Shown: one piece after another, positions 8,164 to 17,717 of the stretch
Numbering within the stretch: the first letter of the stretch is position 1
How the letters are laid out: the number at the start of each line of letters is the position of its first letter
NCBI RefSeq assembly: GCF_022376295.1
Contig: NZ_CP060140.1
Coordinates: forward strand, 13,730-45,729
DNA length: 32,000 bases
Origin: Nodularia sphaerocarpa UHCC 0038
GTDB taxonomy: Bacteria; Cyanobacteriota; Cyanobacteriia; Cyanobacteriales; Nostocaceae
Direction: 5' to 3'
Program-made: the position numbers and the translations under genes
Notes under the pieces: generated by a model
Seen by the model: only the letters and a program-made list of their open reading frames with translations
What the model was told of the DNA's origin: nothing
Database searches by the model: none

Positions 8164-9327
8164 ATGAAATTAATTTGCACCCAAAGCGACCTCAGTACCA
8201 ACCTTTCACTTGTTAGCCGAGCCGTACCGTCACGCCCAACTCATCCGGTACTGGCTAATGTGCTGCTACAAGCAGATGCTGAAACTAATCAAGTCAGCTT
8301 AACCGCCTTTGATCTGAGTTTGGGTATTCGTACCAGCTTTAATGCTGAGGTGTTAGAAGGAGGAGCGATCGCTCTCCCTGCTAAACTACTTGTAGACATC
8401 ACCTCACGCCTTCAAGAAGGAGAAGTAACTCTCGACGATGAATCAGCCCTAGACTCCCAAACAGCCACAGGAGAAGGTTTAATTGTCACCCTCACGCCCA
8501 AGAGTGGACATTATCAAGTCCGAGCCATGAGCGCTGAAGAGTTTCCCGAACTTCCCATCATTGCAAATACTGAACCCATTCAACTCACCACAGCCGCATT
8601 AATTGAAGGATTACGAGGCTCATTATTTGCTACCAGTGGCGATGAAACCAAGCAAGTCCTGACGGGAGTGCATTTAACTGTTAAACAAGACACCCTAGAA
8701 TTTGCGGCTACCGATGGACACCGCCTAGCAGTCGTAGAAACTACTAATGAGCGTCCCCTGGACAATAGTGATCAATTAGAGGTGACAGTTCCAGCTAGAG
8801 CCTTACGGGAACTACAACGGATGTTGGGTCATAATGCTGCCTCTGATGAGGCGATCGCCTTATACTTAGATCAAGGTCAAGTAGTATTTGCATGGCAAAA
8901 TCAACGCTTAACCAGCCGTACCTTAGATGGTCAATATCCCGCTTATCGCCAACTAATTCCCCGTCAATTTGAGCGCAAACTCACAATCGAGCGCAAACAA
9001 TTGATCAGCACATTGGAGCGCATCGCCGTGCTAGCCGACCAAAAGAATAATATTGTTAAAGTTAGCATTAACAGCGCCGCCCAGGAACTTACCTTATCCT
9101 GTGAAGCTCAAGATGTTGGTAGCGGTAGAGAATCAATTCCTGCACAAATATCAGGGGAAGATATAGAAATTGCTTTTAACATTAAATATTTAATGGAAGG
9201 GTTGAAAGAGTTACCATCTTCAGAAATTCAAATTCACCTCAATCAAGCCCTAACCCCAGTAATTTTTACCCCCCTGGGAGGTTTGAAAATGACCTATTTA
9301 GCTATGCCGGTACAACTGAGGAATTAG
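8164..9327 (+). CDS. dnaN: DNA polymerase III beta subunit (sliding clamp)
   Basis: 387-aa ORF. N-terminus MKLICTQSDLSTNLSLVSRAVPSRPTHPVLANVLL, three-domain length, ATDGHRLA motif, C-terminal MPVQL-type ending. Confidence 0.95.
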   Translation: MKLICTQSDLSTNLSLVSRAVPSRPTHPVLANVLLQADAETNQVSLTAFDLSLGIRTSFNAEVLEGGAIALPAKLLVDITSRLQEGEVTLDDESALDSQTATGEGLIVTLTPKSGHYQVRAMSAEEFPELPIIANTEPIQLTTAALIEGLRGSLFATSGDETKQVLTGVHLTVKQDTLEFAATDGHRLAVVETTNERPLDNSDQLEVTVPARALRELQRMLGHNAASDEAIALYLDQGQVVFAWQNQRLTSRTLDGQYPAYRQLIPRQFERKLTIERKQLISTLERIAVLADQKNNIVKVSINSAAQELTLSCEAQDVGSGRESIPAQISGEDIEIAFNIKYLMEGLKELPSSEIQIHLNQALTPVIFTPLGGLKMTYLAMPVQLRN

Positions 9328-12076
9328 GATTAATATGACAAATGGGAATTTCAATCCAAAATTCTGTCCCTAAATTTGGTTGAGAACTACATTTAAAGAT
9401 CCCGTGGTGCTTATCCACCACAATCTGATAACTAATTGATAACCCCAAACCAGTACCTTTTCCTACTGGTTTAGTGGTAAAAAATGGGTCAAATACTCTT
9501 TTTTGCACAGATTCGGAAATTCCTTCGCCATTGTCGGTAATGCGAATTACCACAGTTTTAAGTTTGTTAGCAAATTCACTAACAGCAGTATGGATAATAA
9601 TTTGACCAAGATAACGCTCTGACTTCGACTTTTTTGGATGTTCTATAGCATCAATGGCATTGCTCAAAACATTCATAAATACTTGATTAATTTGTCCAGC
9701 ATAGCACTCTACTAATGGCAAATCACCGTATTCTTTGATGATCTGAATATTGGGAATTTCCGGTAATGCTTTCAAACGATGCTGTAAAATTAGCAGAGTG
9801 CTATCAATGCCCTCGTGAATATTTACAGCTTTCATTTCTGCTTCATCCAGTCGCGAGAAATTTCGTAAAGACATGACAATCTGACGGATGCGATCAACCC
9901 CAATTTTCATAGAAGATAAAGTTTTGGGGAAATCCTCAGTGATAAATTCTAAGTCCATCTCTTGCGCCCGATTGATAATTTCTTGACTGGGGTGAGGACA
10001 TTCCTGCTGATAGAGTTCTAACATACTAGCTAAGTCTTTAGCATAGTCGCTGACATGGCTTAAATTGCCATAGATAAAATTTACTGGGTTGTTGATTTCG
10101 TGAGCTACACCCGCAACTAATTGACCCAAACTGGACATTTTTTCAGTTTGGATCAGTTGGGTTTGAGTTTGTTGTAAATTCCGCATAGCTTGTATCAGCT
10201 GTTCTGCCTGTTCTTGGCTCTGCTTAAGCAATTCAGCTTGTTGGAGTGCTACCCCCAGCTGCAACGCAATTTGAGCAATAAACTGAATTTCTGAGGCTTC
10301 CCAGTGGCGGGATGCAGCGTTTTGGTATGCTGCTAGCAAGCCCCAAAGTTGTTGCCCAATAAAAATTGGGGCGATCGCATAAGCTTTAGCCTGAAGTTGC
10401 TCCAAAAATGCAATATGACATTGAGAATGGCCAACTTGATAAATATCATCCACAGCAAAGGTTTCATTGTGGCGATATCGCCCACCTTCAGTGGCTTGCA
10501 AATAAGAATCTTGCCAAACAGTATTCACATCCACAGTTACCAGCTTCATCCATTGCTCACCGACAAACTCAGCGATAAACTCCCCACTCCAATCAGGTTG
10601 AAAGCGGTAAACAGCCACCCGATCTGCTTGCAGAGAGTTGCAAATTTCCTGAGTCGTAGTTTGAAAAATTGCTTTTATATCCAGAGATTCCCGGATTTTA
10701 GCCACAACTTCAAACAATACCCGTTGTTGTTCAGATGTCCGTTGCAGTTCCAGAGTGCGCTTTTCCACTTCATACTCTAAGTTGGCATTAAACGCTTGTA
10801 CCTGTTGGTAGAGTTCATGCTGTTGAATTGAGGATGCAAACAGATTACCAATGTCTCCAGCTAGTTCAATTTCTGCTTGCGTCCATGTCTGAGCTTGTGC
10901 CTTTTTAGATTCCCGCCAAACTTCAAAGGAGAGGCGGGGATAGACTTGTCTTTTATCGAGGTCAAATTGACCAGCCCACAGGGTTTCTGTGTCTACTGCA
11001 TTGCGGAAAATACTGAGATAGCCTACTAACTGCTGACGATATTGCAGGGGAATCATCAAGATGCTGCGAATTTTAGTGGGTTGAAATGCAGCTTGCAAAG
11101 TTCGTAATTGGGGAATTTTATATAAATCTGAAATTGCCCAAATATCGTATTTACCAGACTTATAATGTTCCTGCCAGACGCTATACTGCTCCATGAGTGG
11201 ATATATACTTTGTGCTGGTATTACAGGTTGTTGTCCACAGGTATAAACTTGGACACAGTTGCTTTCAGGCATTAAGCATTCTGTTAAACTGGCAAGTTGG
11301 TCATTCTGGAGATTAAAAGCCAGATTTTTCATACAAAGCCTACCACCACTACCATTAAAGGCCGCAACAGCTGCTTCTAAAGCTGGCTGTAATACAATTG
11401 TGGGCATTGAATGTAGTAGAGTAGAAATCCGGTTGATAATTTTTTCCCGTTCGGCTTTTTCACGAGCTTGAGTCAAAAGAGTACTTTGAGCGATCGCGAT
11501 TGACAGCTGATCTACTACCATCTGCACGGCTGTCAATTCATCTTCGGAAATGGCACGTGACTCAGAATGATGAGAAGCCAATAGCCCCCAAAGTTCATCT
11601 TGATAGAAAATAGGCGCTACCAAAGAAGACTTCACCCCCATTGCCGTTAAGTATTCTACATGGCAAGGGTCTACAGGGCGATAACGGATGTCCTCTGCTA
11701 AATTCACCCCATTTTCCCACTCTTGCAGGGGACTTTGACCAATTTCTTGTGTTTCCACATTGACAACAGAGCGCACCTTTGATTTAATAAATAATTCACG
11801 AGCATGGAGCGGAATGTCATCAACTGGAAAATTTAGCCCCAGCAATGACGGTAATCGCTTTTCATGAATGGACTCAGCCATCACTTGACCACTGCCATCG
11901 GCATGAAATTTATATATCATTACTCGGTCAGTTCCCAGTAACGAACGGACTTCCGCCGTTGTCGCGCTGATAATTTCTTCTAGTTCTAATGTTTGGCGGA
12001 TACGATTTGTAATGCGGCGCAGTACACTTTCTTGATCAATACTTTCTCGCCAATTTGGTTTAGGGATATGTGACAT
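9302..12076 (-). CDS. Sensor histidine kinase with three GAF domains
   Basis: 924-aa ORF. It has repeated GAF-like blocks (DRVMIYKF..., LVGYLSIF..., DRVAVYRF...WGLLAAY). The H-box is SSLGQLVAGVAHEINNPVNF. The HATPase N/G boxes are NVLSNAIDA, DNGEGI and GKGTGLGLSISY. No receiver domain. Confidence 0.9.
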   Translation of the reverse strand: MSHIPKPNWRESIDQESVLRRITNRIRQTLELEEIISATTAEVRSLLGTDRVMIYKFHADGSGQVMAESIHEKRLPSLLGLNFPVDDIPLHARELFIKSKVRSVVNVETQEIGQSPLQEWENGVNLAEDIRYRPVDPCHVEYLTAMGVKSSLVAPIFYQDELWGLLASHHSESRAISEDELTAVQMVVDQLSIAIAQSTLLTQAREKAEREKIINRISTLLHSMPTIVLQPALEAAVAAFNGSGGRLCMKNLAFNLQNDQLASLTECLMPESNCVQVYTCGQQPVIPAQSIYPLMEQYSVWQEHYKSGKYDIWAISDLYKIPQLRTLQAAFQPTKIRSILMIPLQYRQQLVGYLSIFRNAVDTETLWAGQFDLDKRQVYPRLSFEVWRESKKAQAQTWTQAEIELAGDIGNLFASSIQQHELYQQVQAFNANLEYEVEKRTLELQRTSEQQRVLFEVVAKIRESLDIKAIFQTTTQEICNSLQADRVAVYRFQPDWSGEFIAEFVGEQWMKLVTVDVNTVWQDSYLQATEGGRYRHNETFAVDDIYQVGHSQCHIAFLEQLQAKAYAIAPIFIGQQLWGLLAAYQNAASRHWEASEIQFIAQIALQLGVALQQAELLKQSQEQAEQLIQAMRNLQQTQTQLIQTEKMSSLGQLVAGVAHEINNPVNFIYGNLSHVSDYAKDLASMLELYQQECPHPSQEIINRAQEMDLEFITEDFPKTLSSMKIGVDRIRQIVMSLRNFSRLDEAEMKAVNIHEGIDSTLLILQHRLKALPEIPNIQIIKEYGDLPLVECYAGQINQVFMNVLSNAIDAIEHPKKSKSERYLGQIIIHTAVSEFANKLKTVVIRITDNGEGISESVQKRVFDPFFTTKPVGKGTGLGLSISYQIVVDKHHGIFKCSSQPNLGTEFWIEIPICHINPNSSVVPA

Positions 12077-12316
12077 TGCTTTTAATTAAATAAAATTTAC
12101 AAAAATTAATAATCAGACAAGCATAAATATAAAAACATTCTGTAATTTATTTCGGATTTTTGTCCACAGTGTAACTACGGGCAAAGTAGTTCTTAATCTA
12201 ATTTAGATATTTAATAAAAAGTTACATTTTTCTGGAACAACTAAGTTATGGCTAATGAAAAACTAGTTTATTATAGCAATTCTTGTTTCAATCGGTACTA
12301 TAAGAATTATTCGACC

Positions 12317-12366
12317 ACAGATAAACACAGATAAATACAAATAAATACAAATAAATACAGATAAAT
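12317..12366 (+). repeat. Decamer tandem repeat ACA(G/A)ATAAA(C/T) x5
   Basis: Five contiguous 10-nt units with A-tracts phased at 10 bp. Located about 240-290 bp upstream of the GAF kinase start. Confidence 0.9.
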
Positions 12367-12449
12367 CCGTACATCAGGAAAGTAGGGAACTCTATGCAAA
12401 CTCTTGCTTAAAATCAAAATAAAACATTCACAGCATCGGTAGATATTTT

Positions 12450-12497
12450 TAGTCAAAAGTAGAGATTTTCTGCTTACTTACTCTCTACTTTTGACTA
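12450..12497 (-). terminator. Perfect 16-bp stem-loop just downstream of the ArsA-like gene
   Basis: TAGTCAAAAGTAGAGA (12450-12465) pairs with TCTCTACTTTTGACTA (12482-12497) across a 16-nt loop. It lies 30 nt past the stop codon on the - strand. No clean U-tract follows on the - strand, so intrinsic-terminator function is uncertain. Confidence 0.35.
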
Positions 12498-12526
12498 TTT
12501 AACTGTGCATTAGTCTCTCAGCAAAA

Positions 12527-13714
12527 TTAATTTTTTACATGATCACTAAAGCGAATCTTCAGATAGTCTTCTTCCATTTTAGCTCCCCCTGGTTGTAGTG
12601 CAGCTAAAGCTTGTGGCAAGACTAAATTACGGCGGTGGTTGCCAATAGTAATATTTAATTCATCACCATTTTTACTCAGTTGAATTTGGTTTTTGGCAAT
12701 CCCAGGTAAGTAAATTTCCAAACTATATTGTTTGTCCACTTGCACAACTTTCATAGTTGTTTCTTTGTAATATATCTGAGTTGGATCTTCATCTTTGTAG
12801 AGTGTTTCTTTCAGACGTTCTAAGGCAGCTAAACCGCACATTTCTTCCGAAAAAAGCGGTACTTCTTTTACAGGTAGAGGTAGAAAGTTGTCATGTATTT
12901 CCTGGCGATATTGCTGCTGATTTTCCTTCCAACGTTGGAAAAATGGGTCTTGGACTTCCTGGGGAATGATGCGATTAGCAATTACTAAGTCTGTAGCTAC
13001 ATTATATAAACTTAGATAAGCATGGGCGCGGAGAGATTCTTTAATTACCATCTTTTCGGGATTAGTTACCAGGCGCACTGAGGTTTGAGTATTATCAGTT
13101 AATACTTTTTCCAGAGCTTCTATTTGCTCATAAAACTCATAAGGTGCGTCCATTACCTCTTTATCTGGGAGAGAAAAACCGACAATTGGTTTAAAGAAAG
13201 GTTCCACCAAAGGTCTCAGTGCTACTGAGATATTTTGAAATGGCTTGTAAAAACGGCGCATATACCAGCCGCCAATTTCAGGTAAACTTAGCAGGCGTAA
13301 TGCTGTACCGGTGGGGGCTGAGTCGATAATCAAAACATCAAACTCGCCTTCGTCGTAGTGGCGTTTCATCCTTACCAAGCCGAAAATCTCATCCATACCT
13401 GGTAAGATGGCTAATTCTTCTGCTTGAACTCCTTCTAAACCCCTGGCTTGTAAAACTTGGGTGATGTAACGCTTCACAGCACCCCAATTTCCCTCTAGTT
13501 CTTGCAGTGCGTCGAGTTCTGCACCCCACAAATTCGAGCGAATTTCTCGCGGTGCGTGTCCCATTTCTAAGTCGAAACTGTCTGCTAAAGAGTGAGCAGG
13601 ATCTGTACTCAAAACCAGTGTGCGATAGCCTAGTTCCGCACAACGCAGCCCAGTAGCGGCTGCAACGGAGGTTTTGCCTACGCCACCTTTGCCTGTCATC
13701 AAAATTACTCGCAT
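12527..13714 (-). CDS. ArsA/Get3-family P-loop ATPase with C-terminal HSP20 (alpha-crystallin)-like domain
   Basis: 395-aa ORF. It has the deviant Walker [15 protein letters not shown], the family signature [15 protein letters not shown], and [11 protein letters not shown]. The last ~80 aa ([38 protein letters not shown]...YLKIRF) follow the small-HSP beta-sandwich pattern. Confidence 0.85.
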   Translation of the reverse strand: MRVILMTGKGGVGKTSVAAATGLRCAELGYRTLVLSTDPAHSLADSFDLEMGHAPREIRSNLWGAELDALQELEGNWGAVKRYITQVLQARGLEGVQAEELAILPGMDEIFGLVRMKRHYDEGEFDVLIIDSAPTGTALRLLSLPEIGGWYMRRFYKPFQNISVALRPLVEPFFKPIVGFSLPDKEVMDAPYEFYEQIEALEKVLTDNTQTSVRLVTNPEKMVIKESLRAHAYLSLYNVATDLVIANRIIPQEVQDPFFQRWKENQQQYRQEIHDNFLPLPVKEVPLFSEEMCGLAALERLKETLYKDEDPTQIYYKETTMKVVQVDKQYSLEIYLPGIAKNQIQLSKNGDELNITIGNHRRNLVLPQALAALQPGGAKMEEDYLKIRFSDHVKN

Positions 13715-13811
13715 GGATGCTTACGTCCTATCTCAGAATTATTTACATTTATTTACATTATGAACTGTTTGCAGAAAATAAATGTTCTTCTGACAAGACC
13801 TTGAAACAGAG

Positions 13812-13850
13812 GCAGGGTGCAGGGGTGCAGGGGTGCAGGGTGCAGGGGGG
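13812..13850 (+). repeat. G-rich 7/8-mer tandem repeat (GGGTGCA / GGGGTGCA)
   Basis: The sequence GCAGGGTGCAGGGGTGCAGGGGTGCAGGGTGCAGGGGGG has five G-runs of 3 or more separated by TGCA. It lies 98-136 bp upstream of the ArsA-like start. Confidence 0.9.
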
Positions 13851-13935
13851 ATAATTCCACCTGAATTTGTTTAAGTAGGGCTTGCTGAATAAAGCTAACT
13901 ATGTGAAGTAATGTAAAAATATGGTAATTTAGCTC

Positions 13936-13981
13936 GTAGTAAGGGCTTAAGCCCTTAATTCAGGACTAAAGTCCTGACTAC
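13936..13981 (-). terminator. Compound hairpin element downstream of the hybrid kinase
   Basis: There is a 16-nt perfect palindrome AAGGGCTTAAGCCCTT (13941-13956) and a hairpin CAGGAC-TAAA-GTCCTG (13961-13976). Both are enclosed by GTAGT...ACTAC. The element starts about 30 nt after the stop at 14010. No U-tract, so it may be a dispersed structural repeat rather than a true terminator. Confidence 0.35.
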
Positions 13982-14009
13982 AAACCTTTAATTATTTACG
14001 ATGGCTTAC

Positions 14010-17000
14010 TTATTTTGCAATTAAGATGGCAATTGCCCTAATTAACTCGTCGGGTTCGATGGGTTTGGAAATATGCTGTTGAAATCCGGCTTGGAGTGCT
14101 TGTTGTTGGTTAATTTCACCCGCATAAGCAGAGAGTGCGATCGCGGGTATAGTTCCTCCCTCTTGGGGTGAGTATTTTCTAATTTGCCGAATCAGAGAAT
14201 AGCCATCCATTTGTGGCATCCCGATGTCAGACAAAAGTAAATCAGGGATAGATTGATTTAACAGGGTTAATGCCTGTAATGCTGAAGCGGCTGTAGTCAC
14301 TTGTGCGCCAGCTTGTATGAGGATGAATTCTACTAACTCTCGCATATCTGGGTCATCATCCACAACCAATATCTGAATACCTGTGAGGTTGATTACAGTT
14401 TCTAAATGGCTATGATCAAAAGATAGCTCCTGCTTAACAACGTTTAACGGCAACCTGACGGTGAATGTTGTTCCTAAATTTTCCCCCGGACTATCTGCGT
14501 CAACGGTTCCTCCATGCAGTTCCGTTAAATTGCGGACAATTGCTAGCCCCAATCCTAATCCACCGAATTTTCGGGTGGTTGCGCCATCTTCTTGGCGGAA
14601 GTATTCAAACACATAAGGTAAAAACTCTGGAGTGATACCTTTACCAGTGTCTTTGACTTGGATTTGAGCATACATCCCCACCTGCTCTAGTTGCACTTCC
14701 ACTCGTCCTCCCGATGGTGTGAACTTGACGGCGTTAGAGAGCAGATTCCAGACAACCTGTTGTAAGCGGTTGCTATCGCCGGAAACGTTTCCAGAAGCCA
14801 GGTTGAGTTGAGTCTCGATTTGAATATTCTTGACTTCTGCTGCCAGTTGTACTGTTTCTAGGGCTGCTTTAATGGTTGCAGCTAAATTAACTGGAGCGAC
14901 GTTTAACGTCATTTTTCCTTGGAGGATACGTGAAACATCTAATAAGTCTTCAATTAATTGCGCTTGCAACTTGGTATTGCGTTCGATAGTTTCTAAGGCT
15001 TGTTCGGTTTTTGCGGCATCTAAGCGCTTCGTTCGCAGGATTTTTGTCCAACCGAGAATGGGATTGAGAGGCGATCGCAATTCGTGGGAAAGCACAGCCA
15101 AAAACTCATCTTTAATTCGGTTCGCTTTTTCCGCCTCTGCTCTAGCTTGGCGTTCTGCTTCATACAATTGAGATCGGGCAATTGCTTGCGCGCATTGACG
15201 GCATAATGCCAAAATAAATTCGCGATCATCCTGACTGAGGTGCTTAAATTCTGGAAAATTCAGCGACATTCCGCCCACAGACTTACCCTCAGTCACTAGG
15301 GGCAGGGATATCCATGAGTTGAAATCGTATTGGTTGTAAACTTCAGCTAAGTGAGGATAACGAGCAATTCTCTCTGCTGAGGATTCTACCCACACAGGTT
15401 CTTCAGTTCTGATGGCTTCTGCTAAGGGAGTAGCGGAATTAATGGAAAATTTTCGCCAGGATTCCATTAAATCGGGATCATAACCGACAGCTTTAACTAT
15501 TTCTAATTCTTTTCTATCTTTGCTCACCAAAACTACCATTGCCGAATTGGCTGCCAAAACTGCCATACTTTGTTCGACAATTACCTCTGCAACTTGCAAA
15601 GGTGTGAGAGATTCGGAAAGGGCTGCTGTGACGATTTGCAGGCGAGCCGTGCGGTCTGCGGCTTTTTCGGCGGCTTGCCTTGCTTGCTGTGCTTCTCGAT
15701 AAAGGTAAGCATTATCAATAGCGTTTGCAGCTCGACTAGCTAAATCTTCAGCCAAAGTCAAATCACTCATACTGTACTGGCGATTAGACTCGGTGAAGAT
15801 GAAGGAAATGCTGCCAAAAACTCGATTCCGTGCTTTTAATGGCACAATAATCACCGATTTTAAGCTCAGTTCCCGTAAGATTTGCAAATACTTAGGATCT
15901 TGAATGGTCGCTGCTAACTGCTCATCAGTAATTTCTACTGCAATTTCACTTTGTCCAGTTTTCATCACCTGAGAAATGCCATAGCCATCATCCAAATACC
16001 TGGGATAGAGTTGTATAATTTCCCATCCTAATCCCACCTTTTCCGAATCAGTATGAGCAACAGCAACACGGCTAATGCTGTGATCATCATTGAGTAAATC
16101 AACACAACACCAGTCGGCAAAGTAGGGTACGACTAAATTAGCAACGCTCTGAAGAATTTGTTCATAGTCTAAGGAAGATGCCAGCACAGCACTAATTTCT
16201 GCTAAAAAAGCCGACTGTCGATGTGCCACTTCTGCTGCTGCACGGGCTACTTGCTCCCGCGCCAGTTGCACTCGTTTTTCCTCAGATTGTTTGCGTTCGG
16301 TAATGTCTATTAATGTTCCTGAACTCCCCAGGATTGTACCATCGTCTTCTAAGCTCAACCGGGCAAATACCTGAATCCAACGAAACCCTCCACTTTTCGT
16401 CAGGTAACGAATTTCATGATTGTAGTCATCTTTTTGCCTTTGAATGAAAGATTGAAAGAGTTCTAAATTATGCTGCCGATCATCGGGATGCACGTAGTTT
16501 AAAAAATAAGTTCCAATACTTTCATCAACTGAAAATCCCGTAATTTCCGTCCAAGCAGGGTTGAGAAATGTCCATAGCCCGACGGCATCGATTTGGAAAA
16601 TTACTTCTTTGACATTATTCACTACTGAGCGGTAACGTTGCTCAGTTTTGCGGAGCGCTTCTTCAGCTTGTTTGCGCTCGGTGATATCGTGCATGACTAC
16701 CACCGCACCCTGTTTTTTACCATGCAAATTGACAATTGCTTGAGCGTTAGCGCTGAGGATGCGTGTGATTCCTTGCTTGGGCATAATGATCATTTCGACA
16801 TTATCAACCTGCTGCCCTTGCAATGCCCGAAACAAGGGAATGTTGGCTGTTTCCATGAGGGTTTTGCCATCCGGCAGATACAAATCATAATGTTCTGCCC
16901 ATTCTTCGGGAAAAAGCGGTTGTTCAGACAATCCATGCAATAATTGCGCTTTTTTGTTAAATAACTGTAATCTTCCCTCGGCATCGCAAGCGACAATGCC

Positions 17001-17429
17001 GGCTTGAACGTTATCCAGCAGGACTGTGAGAAAATCTTGTTGTTGGCGCAGCGTTATTTCTAATTCTTTTCGTTCGGTAATATCGCGGAAATATGCCAGT
17101 AGACTATTTCCAGTAGGACAGAGCCGCACCTTCAACCATCGGTTTAATGCTGGGTAAAATTCCTCAAATTCAACGGTTTTTTTGGCGACAATTACTTGAT
17201 GACACTGTTGATAAAACTGAGTTGTCGTCTCTAGGGGAAATACATCCCACAACAGTTTGTTGAATAAATCGTCTGTGTTTCTATTTAAAAGCTGTTTTGC
17301 TTGATGATTCGCAGAGGTAACACGCCACGCTGTGTCTATCTCCATAAATGCTTCAGGCATATTTTCCCAAATGACTATTAGCCGTTCTTCTACAGACTTA
17401 TCGCCTACAGGGAATGCTTCTGAAGCCAC
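14010..17429 (-). CDS. Hybrid sensor histidine kinase (3x PAS, 2x GAF, HisKA, HATPase, receiver)
   Basis: 1139-aa ORF with a GTG start. PAS boundaries are marked by the repeated ITERK motif (DITERKELE, DITERKQAE, DITERKQSE). The H-box is FLAVLSHELRSPLNPILGW. The ATP-binding boxes are NLLSNAVKFT, DTGKGI and GGLGLGLAIV. The C-terminal receiver has ILVVDDDPD...LLLSDIGMPQMDG...SKP. Confidence 0.9.
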   Translation of the reverse strand: MASEAFPVGDKSVEERLIVIWENMPEAFMEIDTAWRVTSANHQAKQLLNRNTDDLFNKLLWDVFPLETTTQFYQQCHQVIVAKKTVEFEEFYPALNRWLKVRLCPTGNSLLAYFRDITERKELEITLRQQQDFLTVLLDNVQAGIVACDAEGRLQLFNKKAQLLHGLSEQPLFPEEWAEHYDLYLPDGKTLMETANIPLFRALQGQQVDNVEMIIMPKQGITRILSANAQAIVNLHGKKQGAVVVMHDITERKQAEEALRKTEQRYRSVVNNVKEVIFQIDAVGLWTFLNPAWTEITGFSVDESIGTYFLNYVHPDDRQHNLELFQSFIQRQKDDYNHEIRYLTKSGGFRWIQVFARLSLEDDGTILGSSGTLIDITERKQSEEKRVQLAREQVARAAAEVAHRQSAFLAEISAVLASSLDYEQILQSVANLVVPYFADWCCVDLLNDDHSISRVAVAHTDSEKVGLGWEIIQLYPRYLDDGYGISQVMKTGQSEIAVEITDEQLAATIQDPKYLQILRELSLKSVIIVPLKARNRVFGSISFIFTESNRQYSMSDLTLAEDLASRAANAIDNAYLYREAQQARQAAEKAADRTARLQIVTAALSESLTPLQVAEVIVEQSMAVLAANSAMVVLVSKDRKELEIVKAVGYDPDLMESWRKFSINSATPLAEAIRTEEPVWVESSAERIARYPHLAEVYNQYDFNSWISLPLVTEGKSVGGMSLNFPEFKHLSQDDREFILALCRQCAQAIARSQLYEAERQARAEAEKANRIKDEFLAVLSHELRSPLNPILGWTKILRTKRLDAAKTEQALETIERNTKLQAQLIEDLLDVSRILQGKMTLNVAPVNLAATIKAALETVQLAAEVKNIQIETQLNLASGNVSGDSNRLQQVVWNLLSNAVKFTPSGGRVEVQLEQVGMYAQIQVKDTGKGITPEFLPYVFEYFRQEDGATTRKFGGLGLGLAIVRNLTELHGGTVDADSPGENLGTTFTVRLPLNVVKQELSFDHSHLETVINLTGIQILVVDDDPDMRELVEFILIQAGAQVTTAASALQALTLLNQSIPDLLLSDIGMPQMDGYSLIRQIRKYSPQEGGTIPAIALSAYAGEINQQQALQAGFQQHISKPIEPDELIRAIAILIAK

Positions 17430-17717
17430 TTCAGAAAACTGCTTTTGTGAATTAGATAGTTCTGGGCGATCGCTGTTCAGAGAAACCTCCTTAATTTACA
17501 GGCTGTTTTCAACAATAAATATATGAAGTGTTTTGTTTGATCTCGGACAACTTACTTAGCATTCTGTGAATCATATCACCATAAATCATTGCTTCACCCA
17601 TTTTTGGTAGCAATTCATTCAAGCCTCGATGGAAGCTATGCCATCACGGACTTCCAAGGCTCGCCTATAAATTCTCAAAGCTAGATTAATTAACGTAAAA
17701 TTCACTAAGCTTTTATT

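Noticed and set aside
10349-10780. 143-aa + strand ORF inside the GAF kinase. Similar antisense ORFs occur at 1266-1454, 1639-1989, 2916-3266, 4609-4863, 11259-11471, 14830-15171, 16638-16943, 22018-22254 and 31145-31429.
   Set aside because: All lie fully within long, motif-rich genes on the opposite strand. Their low-complexity or Cys/Arg/Ser-rich translations are typical of antisense frames, and none has a start context or recognisable motif.
17509-17601. 30-aa - strand ORF (MGEAMIYGDMIHRMLSKLSEIKQNTSYIYC) upstream of the hybrid kinase.
   Set aside because: It has no ribosome-binding site and an unremarkable composition in AT-rich leader DNA. It is indistinguishable from chance.
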